A model generated the notes under the pieces. It saw only the letters and a list, made by a program, of their open reading frames with translations. It searched no databases and was not told where the DNA came from. From positions 90,243 through 154,242 of the forward strand of contig JAIPIA010000001.1 of the NCBI GenBank assembly GCA_021734945.1: a stretch of DNA of 64,000 nt, given 5' to 3'. Positions 1 through 10,230 of this stretch are shown piece by piece. Every line of letters starts with the position of its first letter. The stretch's first letter is position 1. This stretch comes from Minisyncoccota bacterium. GTDB taxonomy: Bacteria; Patescibacteriota; Minisyncoccia; Phycocordibacterales; CAIZLB01. Both the position numbers and the translations under genes were made by a program.

Positions 1-73
1 TTCTCAATCAGTTTTTCTGTTGTTTCAGCCGTAGCCATATATTTAATAGAATTATAGCATGAAAATATGACGC

Positions 74-424
74 CTACTTTTTCCTTTTTTCAGGTAGGCT
101 CTTTGCAATATTAAATAAAATCTTTGATAAACCCGCAATCTGAGAGAGTTGGCTTTCTTCTACAAGGTAGTATGGTTTTGATCCTTTGTAGGCTTCACTT
201 TTCTCACATATATTTTCAAGGGCGGCGCTTGCTGGTACTATTTTTACATACAGTTGCTCATCACATATGAGTGCTACTACCTTACCCGCAGCATACAGTG
301 CGTATTCGCCAAACATTGCTCTAGTAGAGAATTGGTTAGCTGTGTCCGTGTCACTTGCGTTACTACCAATATCTGCCCCGAGTTTCTCTAGTATAAAGTC
401 TACAGTTTCTTTTTGCGTGGACAT
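74..424 (-). CDS. TfoX N-terminal domain protein (competence regulator Sxy/TfoX-like)
   Basis: 116 aa; motif RAMFGEYALY matches TfoX_N core (MFGG-YGLY); size typical of stand-alone TfoX_N. Confidence 0.65.
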   Translation of the reverse strand: MSTQKETVDFILEKLGADIGSNASDTDTANQFSTRAMFGEYALYAAGKVVALICDEQLYVKIVPASAALENICEKSEAYKGSKPYYLVEESQLSQIAGLSKILFNIAKSLPEKRKK

Positions 425-499
425 ATATAGGTGGATTATATCAGTAAAATAGATTAGTAATCTACGTCTGTTCTATCATTTTTATATATAAAGCAAGAT

Positions 500-1801
500 T
501 CATAACTTTTGGGACATCCAAACTTGTGCTTTTCGTCTGGCTTCAAGTTTTTTGATATCCTTAAGGCCTAATCCTCCTTCGTATATAATATCAAGTGCGT
601 ATTTGTAGAATGTACCAACCTGTACTAGGTTATCTGTTTCGATTCTTTTTATAAAAGCAGCTTCTTCGGGTAAGACAATCTTTTGCCACTGCTCTTTCAT
701 TAATGAAATGCATTCCCTAGACCTACCACCTACAAGTGGCTTAATTCCGCAGTAAAATATGAGTACACTATAGACTAAGAAGAGATTCGGGTAAATTTTT
801 TTATGTTTAAGGCTATTTAAAATATTTTCTTTAGTGAGTGGTATACGTATAGACTCATCTAAACTAACTAGATTGTTACCTTCAATACGTAGTCTTTGAG
901 CTTTTTGTACCGCATCAATAGCCCAGAAGAAATGTGTACCGTGCTCAAGGTTAGGGTGCCAACATCCATCAATTCCTGAAAATAATTTTACAACTAAATT
1001 TCTTGTATCTTCATCAAAAAGTATCTTTGAAAAGATATGATTAGGTTGCTCCAAATATGTTGCAAGAAGTGATGTCGCAATAGATTCACCAGGTATTTGA
1101 AATAATTCCGGAACATTTGATCTAATCTTTTCATCAAATAATTTCTTCCAAAGGTAACGATTAGTAAGTGAGACCTGGTCTATATAGGAGTTGATATGCG
1201 GTTTCTCTGCATACTTATGGAGTATTTCTTCGATTGTATCTATAAAAATAGCCTCTTTCTTGTTCTTCGTGTACTTACGTATTTGCCTACCGAGGTTAAA
1301 TGTATTGTGTGTAGGAGAACTGTATATATTGATATTTCGCATCTTGTGAGTAAAAAGACGAAGGTGCGTATCTTTAAATTTTAGACTGCGTCTGTTCCCA
1401 AAGTGACTCACTGAAAGCCCAGAATCAGTGATGGAAATTATAGCTTTGCTTTTTTTTGATATTTCGAAAAATCTGGAGAGATTACCAACGATATTTGGTG
1501 ATAAAAAAAGTGGGTGATTCAATATGTCGTGATGGTCAACAATATTGCAGACCGCCTGATTGCCCAAGTCAAAATCTTTAATACGAATATTACTCCCGTG
1601 CACTCTCATCAATTCTAATTCGACAAACTTTATAAATAACTTCTGACGTTCAATATAAGTAGATGGTGGCACGTATGAATGAATTTTTTTAGAATATACG
1701 TACACATCAGATATACCAAATACAAAACTCGCTGAATGAAGTATGAGTGACCTTAGCGCGCGTAGGGGGTAGGAGAGGTATGTATTGAAGGCTGTAGACA
1801 T
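500..1801 (-). CDS. hypothetical protein (433 aa, no recognisable motif)
   Basis: long uninterrupted ORF filling gap between flanking genes; no signal peptide seen. Confidence 0.5.
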   Translation of the reverse strand: MSTAFNTYLSYPLRALRSLILHSASFVFGISDVYVYSKKIHSYVPPSTYIERQKLFIKFVELELMRVHGSNIRIKDFDLGNQAVCNIVDHHDILNHPLFLSPNIVGNLSRFFEISKKSKAIISITDSGLSVSHFGNRRSLKFKDTHLRLFTHKMRNINIYSSPTHNTFNLGRQIRKYTKNKKEAIFIDTIEEILHKYAEKPHINSYIDQVSLTNRYLWKKLFDEKIRSNVPELFQIPGESIATSLLATYLEQPNHIFSKILFDEDTRNLVVKLFSGIDGCWHPNLEHGTHFFWAIDAVQKAQRLRIEGNNLVSLDESIRIPLTKENILNSLKHKKIYPNLFLVYSVLIFYCGIKPLVGGRSRECISLMKEQWQKIVLPEEAAFIKRIETDNLVQVGTFYKYALDIIYEGGLGLKDIKKLEARRKAQVWMSQKL

Positions 1802-1840
1802 GGCAAATATTGTACAATATACATTTGATATAATGAAAAT

Positions 1841-2233
1841 ATGAAATTTAAAAAAGTAGTAAAAAAGACACCAATAGCTAGTAGAATATACACGATGATA
1901 TTTGCAGATGTGTACCCACTATATATTGCAAAGGTTGTGAGAAAAGGTCGCACTAAGGTAGGTGCCAAAACTGATCTTGACCATATTATCCGTTGGCTAA
2001 CAGGGTATAGCCAAAAAGGGCTAGAAATTCAAATTAAAAAACAAACAACCTTTGAAAGGTTTTTTGCCGATGCTCCAAATATGAATCCTTCACGAAATCT
2101 AATTACAGGTACAATTTGTGGGATAAAACTGGACGAAATAAAAGACCCTCTTATGCGAGAAATTCGATATTTGGATAAGCTTGTGGATGAATTGGCAAAA
2201 GGGAAGGAGATGGAGAAGATTTTAAGAACTTAA
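1841..2233 (+). CDS. DUF2200 family protein
   Basis: 130 aa; near-consensus DUF2200 segments [41 protein letters not shown]. Confidence 0.85.
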   Translation: MKFKKVVKKTPIASRIYTMIFADVYPLYIAKVVRKGRTKVGAKTDLDHIIRWLTGYSQKGLEIQIKKQTTFERFFADAPNMNPSRNLITGTICGIKLDEIKDPLMREIRYLDKLVDELAKGKEMEKILRT

Positions 2234-2254
2234 TTCAAATATTAAAATTCCTCA

Positions 2255-3790
2255 ATGAAATTACTATCTCAGCTACTCGCAAATGTCGATGTTTTGGAAA
2301 TAAGTGGAAATACCTCTGTTGAAGTAGAATCTATAAATTTTTTCTCCAATATAAAAGCTCCAAATTCACTTTTTGTCTCCGCAAAAAATATTGAGCATGA
2401 TGGATTTGACTCAATTTCTGAAGCTATCCAAAATGGTGCAAAGGTAGTGGTTTATGAAGATGACGCAGTTCGATCATTGCTTGATGGTTTAGGTAATGAC
2501 GTGGGTAATCAAAGCAATGCAGCAATAACATTTGTTAAGGTAAAAAATGGCTCAAAGGCACTCGGAATCATTGCTAATAATTTTTTTGATAACCCTTCTG
2601 AGGCTTTTAAGCTTATTGGAGTAACTGGTACAAATGGTAAGACAACTATCGCAACTTCTCTATATTTTGTATTTAAATCTTTAGGTCACAAAGTAGCGCT
2701 TATTTCTACTGTTGAAAATAAAATAAATGACGAAGTTTTTAAAACAACTCACACAACCCCAACGCCCGTAAATCTTGCTTCTGTTTTAGCGAAAGCTAAA
2801 GATGCTGGAGTAGAGTATGTTTTTATTGAATGTTCATCACATGGCATTGAAGAGGAACGAATAGCGGGTTTACGATTTGCTGGAGGTATTTTTACAAACT
2901 TCACACAGGATCACCTCAATTTTCATGGCACCATGGAGAATTATGCTCGCTCAAAGAAAAAGTTTTTTGATAATCTATCAGCTGGTGCATTTGCGCTTTC
3001 CAATGCAGATGACAGTAAAGGTGAATACATGCTTCAGAACACAAAAGCTAAGAAGTATTTTTATGGAATTGAACATAAGGCACATTTTGTAGCTTCAGAA
3101 ATTCATTCCTCATTTCAAGGTACAGATTTTAAGATAGGTGATAAAGCAGTCCACTCAAAGTTAATTGGAAAATTTAATGTACACAATCTGCTGGCAATAT
3201 ATGGTGCTTCACATTTATTAGGAGTATCAGCAAATGAAATTATTAACATTATTCAAGATATTCAACCACCAAGTGGCCGATTAGAAATTTTCAAATCAAA
3301 AACAGGTGTGTTTGGAATAGTAGATTTTGCACATAGTCCTGACGCGCTCGAGAAAGTTATAACAACGTTGAGTGAGATTAAGAATACAAATAATAGAATA
3401 ATAACTGTAGTAGGTTGTGGTGGTGGAGGTGATAAAACTAAGCGACCACAAATGGGTGAAATTGTAACGAGACTTTCTGATTATGCAGTGTTCACTTCTG
3501 ATAATCCGAGGAAAGAAGATCCTGAAGAAATTATAAAGCAGATTGTGGTGGGGATTCCAGTTGATAATGAGGCTGGTACACACGAGACTTTGCCTGATAT
3601 AGCAAACCCATCTAAAAAATATGAGTGTGTTACCGATAGAAAAGAAGCTATTGTAAAGGCAGTTAGTCTAGCAAAAGCAGGCGATATAGTACTAGTCGCT
3701 GGTAAGGGTCATGAGAACTATCAGGTGTTTGCAGATAAGACTATTGATTATTCTGATCAAGAAGAGGTGAAGAAAGCTTTAGGGTTGTAA
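2255..3790 (+). CDS. murE: UDP-N-acetylmuramoyl-L-alanyl-D-glutamate--2,6-diaminopimelate ligase (MurE)
   Basis: 511 aa; Mur ligase P-loop GVTGTNGKTT; DNPR motif (TSDNPRKEDP) characteristic of meso-DAP-adding MurE; C-terminal Mur ligase domain. Confidence 0.9.
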   Translation: MKLLSQLLANVDVLEISGNTSVEVESINFFSNIKAPNSLFVSAKNIEHDGFDSISEAIQNGAKVVVYEDDAVRSLLDGLGNDVGNQSNAAITFVKVKNGSKALGIIANNFFDNPSEAFKLIGVTGTNGKTTIATSLYFVFKSLGHKVALISTVENKINDEVFKTTHTTPTPVNLASVLAKAKDAGVEYVFIECSSHGIEEERIAGLRFAGGIFTNFTQDHLNFHGTMENYARSKKKFFDNLSAGAFALSNADDSKGEYMLQNTKAKKYFYGIEHKAHFVASEIHSSFQGTDFKIGDKAVHSKLIGKFNVHNLLAIYGASHLLGVSANEIINIIQDIQPPSGRLEIFKSKTGVFGIVDFAHSPDALEKVITTLSEIKNTNNRIITVVGCGGGGDKTKRPQMGEIVTRLSDYAVFTSDNPRKEDPEEIIKQIVVGIPVDNEAGTHETLPDIANPSKKYECVTDRKEAIVKAVSLAKAGDIVLVAGKGHENYQVFADKTIDYSDQEEVKKALGL

Positions 3791-3810
3791 GATGATATTA
3801 TTGAATGAGT

Positions 3811-4188
3811 CTATTTCGTCTTTGTAAGCTTCCATTTACCATCTTGTTCAATACTTTCACGTACACGAAAAGTCGTTATCTTTCTAATAAGTGTTAGGGG
3901 AAGTGGTTTATCAAGCGGGAATTGTATAGAACCCTTCGCAATTTTATAACCAGCTTTGGATAATTCTGTAGAAAATGAGGTTATAGCAGATGGCGTAGGG
4001 TAAAATCCTATGTGATGTTTGAAAGCGCCGTATATAACTAGGATACGCTTATATGAAAATGAAGGCATGCCCCATTTAATATCTTCAACAGCACGTGGTG
4101 CAGCTTTCTTGATACACGCTCTCATCTGGCGAAGTTTAGTGCGAGCCTCTTTTGGTGATTTGTTAATGTATTCAGTTACGTTTTTCAT
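3811..4188 (-). CDS. DUF1801 (YdhG-like) domain protein
   Basis: 125 aa; pattern EDIKWGMPSF ... KGSIQFPLDKPLPLTLIRKIT matches DUF1801/YdhG family. Confidence 0.75.
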   Translation of the reverse strand: MKNVTEYINKSPKEARTKLRQMRACIKKAAPRAVEDIKWGMPSFSYKRILVIYGAFKHHIGFYPTPSAITSFSTELSKAGYKIAKGSIQFPLDKPLPLTLIRKITTFRVRESIEQDGKWKLTKTK

Positions 4189-4209
4189 AAGGTTTGCCTG
4201 TCCTATTTT

Positions 4210-5562
4210 TTAAGTTATTTTTGTAGGATTATTTGAATCCCAATTTTCAATAAAATCTAAAGCCGCCTTCCCTCCATATTTTGTGTAATATGCGTCGAAT
4301 TTGACGAAGAATAGGGGGTCGTGTGGGTAAGCTTGACGTATTGCCTCTGTTAACTTTTTCCAATATATGTGTGAGGTTCCTTTTTCTTTTGCTTCAATTG
4401 TTTTTCGTTCAAAATATGCATCAAGAAAAAGTTGCTCATCAATCGGTGTTATTCCTTTAACACAGAAGTTTTTAAATATATTTCTTTCATCTTCGTATTC
4501 TATGGATTGTAAATTTGTTAAAGAACTTGCATATGTCTCTGTCAGGGCTTCATTTAGCCATGTGAACTGAATCTTAGTTATCTTTGTGCCAGTTTCAAGA
4601 CCACCCCAATCAGTGCCGATTGATCCAATAGTTTTTTTATTCCCGTCTGCATCCTTAATAGTCTTTTTACTTAGAATTTGATCAGAAGAGGTAATAGAGT
4701 GCAACATTTCATGACTCATCATGTGTAAAAATCGCTTTTTAAAATATAATGCCTCTTCGTCATTTTTTCCGTCTTCAGACTCTGAGTACATTGCTTGCTG
4801 GATAATAGGTATGGATGAAAAAACTATATGGTTTGAGCCAGTACGAGTAGTTGCGCCTATATGCTTTTCTACAGCAAGTGGATCTTGAACAGTAAAATTA
4901 AAATCATTTAAAATTTCTTTTATTTCCTCAGGTGTTTTAGGCGATTGTAATTTCGGATTTATTTTTTCAATAAATGAATCAACAAAATCACTTTTCAGTG
5001 CCTCAGACTTTTCTTTTAGCCAGTCTCTAGTTTCTTGAACCACACCATCGTATCGCTTAAGAATTTCTAACCAGTCTTCTGCTCCTAATGAACCTTGATG
5101 GAGTGATTTTATTATTTTATCGATGATAACTTCTTTTTGAGTTCCTCCGCTTAAGGATTGTTCAATACCTGCTGATTCCCAAGCTTCTGCTATTGCGGGT
5201 ATGTCTGTTGAATAAACAGCGGCATCTATTAATGGTTGAACATTAAATTCATTCCGTCTTAATTGTAGTATCTTTGCAACAGTATCTAAATACCCTTGGG
5301 CGATACCACTATCAATTTCTTCCTGCGAAATTTTATATAAAAAAGGTCTCTCATACTCATTTTCAAAATATTCTTTAACGCCACTTTTTTCTTCAGCATT
5401 CATAGCTTTTCGTGTGAATAACACATCAATTTTTACAGGAACTGTTAACTCAGGTTCTTGAGTAGGTATATTTTCTACCTCGTTTGTTAATGTAGAGTGA
5501 GGGGCTTCATTAATAACTAAATTTTCTTCTATTATATTTGTTGTGGGAGATTCTGAGCTCAT
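4210..5562 (-). CDS. hypothetical cytoplasmic protein with HExxH (zincin-like) motif
   Basis: 450 aa; HEMLH motif followed about 40 aa later by NEALTE (possible third zinc ligand Glu); no signal peptide. Confidence 0.5.
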   Translation of the reverse strand: MSSESPTTNIIEENLVINEAPHSTLTNEVENIPTQEPELTVPVKIDVLFTRKAMNAEEKSGVKEYFENEYERPFLYKISQEEIDSGIAQGYLDTVAKILQLRRNEFNVQPLIDAAVYSTDIPAIAEAWESAGIEQSLSGGTQKEVIIDKIIKSLHQGSLGAEDWLEILKRYDGVVQETRDWLKEKSEALKSDFVDSFIEKINPKLQSPKTPEEIKEILNDFNFTVQDPLAVEKHIGATTRTGSNHIVFSSIPIIQQAMYSESEDGKNDEEALYFKKRFLHMMSHEMLHSITSSDQILSKKTIKDADGNKKTIGSIGTDWGGLETGTKITKIQFTWLNEALTETYASSLTNLQSIEYEDERNIFKNFCVKGITPIDEQLFLDAYFERKTIEAKEKGTSHIYWKKLTEAIRQAYPHDPLFFVKFDAYYTKYGGKAALDFIENWDSNNPTKIT

Positions 5563-5679
5563 ATCGTTATATAGTATATTTATTTTATCTTTCTTCCAAC
5601 TATTATACCAGTCTAAACGATTGAGTTTTAGTTTCAGATCAATACAAGTATATGTAACTTCTTTGATATACTATAATAT

Positions 5680-6210
5680 ATGTCATACAATATCCACCCA
5701 ATATTTGTTCATTTTCCGATAGCCTTATTATTTGTGTATTCAGTTATCAAAATTCTCCCTTTTAAGAAATGGTTTCCTTCCGTTGCTTGGCATGATATTG
5801 AAGGAGCTCTCCTTTTTGTTGGTGTGTTTGGTGCTTTTGGTGCATTGGCAACTGGTGACACTGCAGAACATCTCACACATCCAAACCGACAATTAGTAGA
5901 TATGCATTCTACTTTTGGTGCAGCATCAACATGGCTATATGGATCACTTCTCCTAGGTGAAATTTCAGCATTTATAAATGCGCGTACGTATACATCTCGA
6001 TATGCTTTTTTTGCAAAATATCCAGTTGTGGTAAAAATACTTGCTTTGCTTGAACAAGTATTTTGCAATAGAGTATTTTCCTCAATATTGGCTCTAGTGG
6101 CTCTTATAACACTTTCAATAACGGGCGTCCTCGGTGGAGTACTAGCATACGGTCTCACGGCAGATCCATTTGCTGCAACACTAGTTAGTTGGTTGGGTAT
6201 AACCTTGTAG
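5680..6210 (+). CDS. integral membrane protein (DUF2231-like, 4-5 TM)
   Basis: 176 aa, hydrophobic segments; N-terminal HPIFVHFPIAL resembles DUF2231 membrane proteins; antisense ORF 5709..6158 judged a shadow. Confidence 0.5.
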   Translation: MSYNIHPIFVHFPIALLFVYSVIKILPFKKWFPSVAWHDIEGALLFVGVFGAFGALATGDTAEHLTHPNRQLVDMHSTFGAASTWLYGSLLLGEISAFINARTYTSRYAFFAKYPVVVKILALLEQVFCNRVFSSILALVALITLSITGVLGGVLAYGLTADPFAATLVSWLGITL

Positions 6211-6285
6211 GTAAGCTAGGTGAGAATCATACATAAAAGCAGAGTGATATTTACAGAATACTTTTGATTCGCTAAAATAAATTAC

Positions 6286-6660
6286 ATGCAAAAATATAAA
6301 AACACGTTTTGGGTTACAACAGTCATTATCTTTTTAATGGAAGGACTTCTTCCTGCGTTTACGTCTCAAAGTCAGATGGCACTCGATGGCATTACACACC
6401 TTGGTTATCCTGTTTATTTTAGTGGTATGCTAGCTGGATTCAAATTCCTCGGTGCTTGTGCACTTATTATTCCAAGAGTGTCAGCTCGAATAAAAGAATG
6501 GGCATACGCAGGTTTTGGTATAGATTTTATCTCAGCATTTATTAGTATCTGGGTAGTAGATGGATTTGTACCTCTACTTATTGGTCCAGCAATCTTCATG
6601 GTAATCCTCGTACTCTCATACAAATCATATCGAAAGATTTCAAGAACATCTCAAGCTTAG
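6286..6660 (+). CDS. DoxX-like family membrane protein
   Basis: 124 aa, about 4 TM helices, sequence pattern typical of DoxX_2 small membrane proteins. Confidence 0.55.
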   Translation: MQKYKNTFWVTTVIIFLMEGLLPAFTSQSQMALDGITHLGYPVYFSGMLAGFKFLGACALIIPRVSARIKEWAYAGFGIDFISAFISIWVVDGFVPLLIGPAIFMVILVLSYKSYRKISRTSQA

Positions 6661-6870
6661 TCTGTGTTTAGATCGACTTGTGTTTAAAAAGTTTATGATA
6701 TAATTCTGGTATTAATAATTTCGCAGCGCGTAAATAAAATATCCAAAATAAAATAGTCGCGTTACAATACATAAAATATATGGCAAATAGAGACCAAAAG
6801 AGTAATAAAGAAAAAAAGAAGCAGCCAAAAAAGAAGAAATAATTTACGAGAATAGTTTGAGCAAGAAAAA

Positions 6871-6900
6871 ACACCAGCTATAAAAGCTAGGTGTTTTTTC
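6871..6900. terminator. bidirectional rho-independent terminator between convergent genes
   Basis: AAAAAACACCAGCT-ataaa-AGCTAGGTGTTTTTTC: GC-containing stem flanked by A-run upstream and T-run downstream. Confidence 0.6.
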
Positions 6901-6923
6901 TTGCTGTACAGGCTTTTGCTAGA

Positions 6924-8213
6924 TTATTTAAATGTACAAACAAATATTTTTGGATGAATATGTGAATTTACAATAGTTGTAATCTGCAGGTTCAATGTTT
7001 TTTCAATATGAAGTTTTGAGCCACGGAGAGCATTTTCAAAAGTATCTATCTCAGTTGTATAAACGACTAGTGTTCCAGTTTGATTTAGGTGAGATTCTAC
7101 ATACTCCACAAAGGCCTTATATAGCTTGTTTAAATCAGTACCTTTAGCAATTTGCATGCCAAAGGGTAAATCAGATGTTATAGTATTAAACATTCCAAAA
7201 TCAGGTTTGTCTAACAAATCAGCCGTCTTTATTTGAATGGATCTTATAAAACCAGCTTTTTTAATATTTTGGATCGCTAGTGAGTTAGTTTTATTATCAA
7301 TATCAAAACCCAGTAGTTTAATTGTAGTAGGAATATTTGTTGGAGTAAGTATACTGTTTCCAAATTGTGCCTGAATGTCAGTACCAGCTTCAAGGAGTAG
7401 TGTAGCGCTTCCCGAGCAAATATTAAGATATGAGAAAGGCGAGACGGTATCCAACTTTTTTAAAGCGAATGTGTTTACTGCGTATGCTACTGCAGAGTTC
7501 ATACCGCCTTTTATGTTTTCTACTTTGTAATTTCGAACCGATATAGGTCGGGGTGTAACTCGAACACCAACTTCCCAAAGTTCACCTGGCTTATGTATAT
7601 ACGTATCCAAGTCAGCATCTTCAGAGAGTGTAAGCTTGAATGTGTCTGAAATATACTTTTGTATCAAAATAGCTTCAGGTGAATCCGAGCCCGCACATCG
7701 AAGCTTAAAAGTCTTGTATGCTTTGATACTTTTAGTTATTGATTTACTTTTGCTCGTTAAGTGGAGATGTAACACAAGTTCAATCATCGTACCCAAGATG
7801 GATTTATGATTGTTGATGTGAATAGGATGAAGTTTTTCTCCTTTTTGAACTAAATAAATATTTGTAATGCTTCTAAGCTGGATAAGTTTTTCGAGAGTCT
7901 TAAGAAATGAATCAACAATAGTAGCTGAATCCTCATTCTCCTCATCTTTAGTTTTTAGTTTCTTAGAGCTATTTGAACTTTCTGATGTATCAGTAGGAGA
8001 ATCTTCGGATGGATTCTCAAGTGAGTTCTCAATAATTGCAGGTATAAAATCAAAATACAGATAATCTACTCCTCGTTCTACAATTCGAATGAGATCTTTT
8101 AGTTCAGGATATTTTGAAATTTCGCTGAGTACAATTTCTTGTAGTCCATGGACGAAAGTAAGCTTTATAAGTATAGGTTGCTGGTTTTTCATGTGATTTA
8201 CACACTCTACCAC
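6924..8213 (-). CDS. THUMP-type SAM-dependent RNA methyltransferase (putative)
   Basis: 429 aa; motif-I-like LNICSGSATLLLEAG (cf. DPMCGSGT) and motif-IV-like SDLPFG (cf. NPPYG); contains acidic Ser/Asp-rich insertion (aa about 70-100). Confidence 0.5.
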   Translation of the reverse strand: MVECVNHMKNQQPILIKLTFVHGLQEIVLSEISKYPELKDLIRIVERGVDYLYFDFIPAIIENSLENPSEDSPTDTSESSNSSKKLKTKDEENEDSATIVDSFLKTLEKLIQLRSITNIYLVQKGEKLHPIHINNHKSILGTMIELVLHLHLTSKSKSITKSIKAYKTFKLRCAGSDSPEAILIQKYISDTFKLTLSEDADLDTYIHKPGELWEVGVRVTPRPISVRNYKVENIKGGMNSAVAYAVNTFALKKLDTVSPFSYLNICSGSATLLLEAGTDIQAQFGNSILTPTNIPTTIKLLGFDIDNKTNSLAIQNIKKAGFIRSIQIKTADLLDKPDFGMFNTITSDLPFGMQIAKGTDLNKLYKAFVEYVESHLNQTGTLVVYTTEIDTFENALRGSKLHIEKTLNLQITTIVNSHIHPKIFVCTFK

Positions 8214-8249
8214 GTAACACTCAAATTACTACTCTGATACTACTCAAGG

Positions 8250-9473
8250 TTACTCATATCTCAATGCTTCAATAGGGTTCAAGTTTGCAGCTCGTTTTGC
8301 AGGGTAATATCCAAATATGATTCCGATACCAGCAGAAACTCCGAATGCGAGCAATACAGAACCAAGTGAGATCGACGTTTGGAGTAATCCAGTTAGTTGA
8401 ACAATCCATGAAATGAGGGCGCCAAGTATCACACCAATAATACCTCCCAGACATGTTAGTACAATTGCTTCAATAAGAAATTGTTTGCTGATGTCTTTTT
8501 TGTCAGCGCCAATAGCTTTACGAAGCCCAATTTCTCGAGTTCGCTCAGTAACAGTTGTAAGCATCATATTCATAATACCAATACCTCCAACAACAAGTGA
8601 TATGCCAGCAACCGCACCAAGAAGGATTGTAAATGTCTGTGTGATACTCGAGGCTGTAGCAACAATATCTGCTTGGTTAAATGTACTAAAATCTGCTTGA
8701 GTTGCATCGCTTATGTTGTGTCGGTCGAGAAGTAGTGTAGTGATTTGGTCTTGCAATGATTTCATTGAATCTGTATCAGCTGCTTGTACACTGATAGTTG
8801 AAACATATTCTTCGCCAGCAAGAAATCGTTGAGCAGAAGTTAGGGGAATGAAGACCATGTCGTCCTGGCTTCCAAATCCAGAACCGCCTTTTGCTTTTGT
8901 TACACCTACTACAGTGAATACAATATTTTTAATGCGTATAGTCTGTCCAATAGGGTCAACTTCATCTCCAAATAAGTCCGTGCGAGCTGTTGGACCAAGT
9001 ACTGCAACCCGAGAGAGACTTTTAAGATTTTGATTAGTGATAAAATTTCCTTCCGATATTTCGACATTCCTTACTTCTGTATAATTTTCATCAACACCAT
9101 TTACACTTGTATTTGTATTTTTACCTTTAGTGGTGATTTGGTATCGGCCTGACAGCTCTGGAGCTACAGCTTTTGCGAGGGTGACTTCATCTCTAATAGC
9201 CTCTGCGTCAGCTTGAGTGAGAGTCTTTGCAGAACCACGTCCTGTACTTACTTGGGCTCCTGGACCACGCTGTGCACCGGGGTATACGAGAATGAGGTTT
9301 GAACCAATAGACTGAATACTTGATGAAATAGAACTTTGAGCTCCTTGTCCAATGGATACCATGGCAATAACAGACGAAATTCCAATGACAATACCGAGCA
9401 TCGTCAAACCCGATCGCACTTTGTTGGCGGATAGGGCAGTGTATGTTTCGTTGAGTATGTCTTTTGTTTTCAT
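8250..9473 (-). CDS. ABC transporter permease, MacB/FtsX family
   Basis: 407 aa; N-terminal TM, large extracytoplasmic domain, C-terminal 3 TM FtsX-like region ending PIEALRYE (MacB-type). Confidence 0.85.
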   Translation of the reverse strand: MKTKDILNETYTALSANKVRSGLTMLGIVIGISSVIAMVSIGQGAQSSISSSIQSIGSNLILVYPGAQRGPGAQVSTGRGSAKTLTQADAEAIRDEVTLAKAVAPELSGRYQITTKGKNTNTSVNGVDENYTEVRNVEISEGNFITNQNLKSLSRVAVLGPTARTDLFGDEVDPIGQTIRIKNIVFTVVGVTKAKGGSGFGSQDDMVFIPLTSAQRFLAGEEYVSTISVQAADTDSMKSLQDQITTLLLDRHNISDATQADFSTFNQADIVATASSITQTFTILLGAVAGISLVVGGIGIMNMMLTTVTERTREIGLRKAIGADKKDISKQFLIEAIVLTCLGGIIGVILGALISWIVQLTGLLQTSISLGSVLLAFGVSAGIGIIFGYYPAKRAANLNPIEALRYE

Positions 9474-9487
9474 GCGATATTTAAATT

Positions 9488-10201
9488 TTAATCATCTTTA
9501 TGAGAACTTTTTCTTTTTATATGATTTGTTGAGTCTTCAACAATCTCTCCGTCTTTAATAACGATTATTCTATCTGCATGTTCTGCGACATCACGTTCAT
9601 GAGTAATAAGTACAACAGTACGTCCAAGAGTTTTATTGAGATGTTCAAATGTTCCAAGTACAATTTCGCCGGTCTTTGAATCAAGGTTTCCAGTAGGTTC
9701 GTCTGCCAAGATAAGACTTGGATTGTTTACAAGAGCTCGCGCAATGGCTACACGCTGTATCTGTCCGCCAGAAAGTTGATTGGAAAGGTTGTTAAAGTGT
9801 TTAGGATCGAGCCCAGCAGATTTGAGTGCGGATGAAGCTCTCTCGACTCGCTCTGTTTCATCGACTTCTGCATATACAAGAGGAAGGGTTACATTTCGCA
9901 GTGCGCTTGTTCGAGGTAATAAGTTGAAAGATTGAAATACAAAGCCAATCTTATCTCGACGAATCTTAGCGAGCTCATCTTCATTGTACTCAGAAACACT
10001 TCGTCCATCGAGAAGGTATGTGCCAGATGTTGGGGTGTCGAGCGCCCCAAGAATATGCATGAGTGTGGATTTTCCAGAACCTGATGGTCCCATTATTGCC
10101 ACAAACTCACCATCATTAATAGTGAAGGTTAAACCCTTTAAAGCGGTAAAGGGTTCGATACCTGAAGTATATGTTTTTACGATGTTTTTTACTTCAATCA
10201 T
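9488..10201 (-). CDS. ABC transporter ATP-binding protein (MacB/LolD-like)
   Basis: 237 aa; Walker [13 protein letters not shown] signature LSGGQIQR, Walker [13 protein letters not shown]. Confidence 0.9.
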   Translation of the reverse strand: MIEVKNIVKTYTSGIEPFTALKGLTFTINDGEFVAIMGPSGSGKSTLMHILGALDTPTSGTYLLDGRSVSEYNEDELAKIRRDKIGFVFQSFNLLPRTSALRNVTLPLVYAEVDETERVERASSALKSAGLDPKHFNNLSNQLSGGQIQRVAIARALVNNPSLILADEPTGNLDSKTGEIVLGTFEHLNKTLGRTVVLITHERDVAEHADRIIVIKDGEIVEDSTNHIKRKSSHKDD

Positions 10202-10230
10202 TGGTGTAATTATTGTCTTTTTTACGTGAA

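Noticed and set aside
1-38. Possible minus-strand gene start (MATAETTEKLIE...) running off the left edge
   Set aside because: Only 12 codons visible; cannot be supported.
5709-6158. 149-aa antisense ORF inside membrane-protein gene 5680..6210
   Set aside because: Mirror of a hydrophobic gene; Arg/Ala/Pro-rich junk typical of antisense frames.
6668-6874. 68-aa Phe-rich minus-strand ORF between DoxX and the methyltransferase
   Set aside because: AT-rich intergenic DNA containing a bidirectional terminator; poly-Phe translation reflects T-runs.
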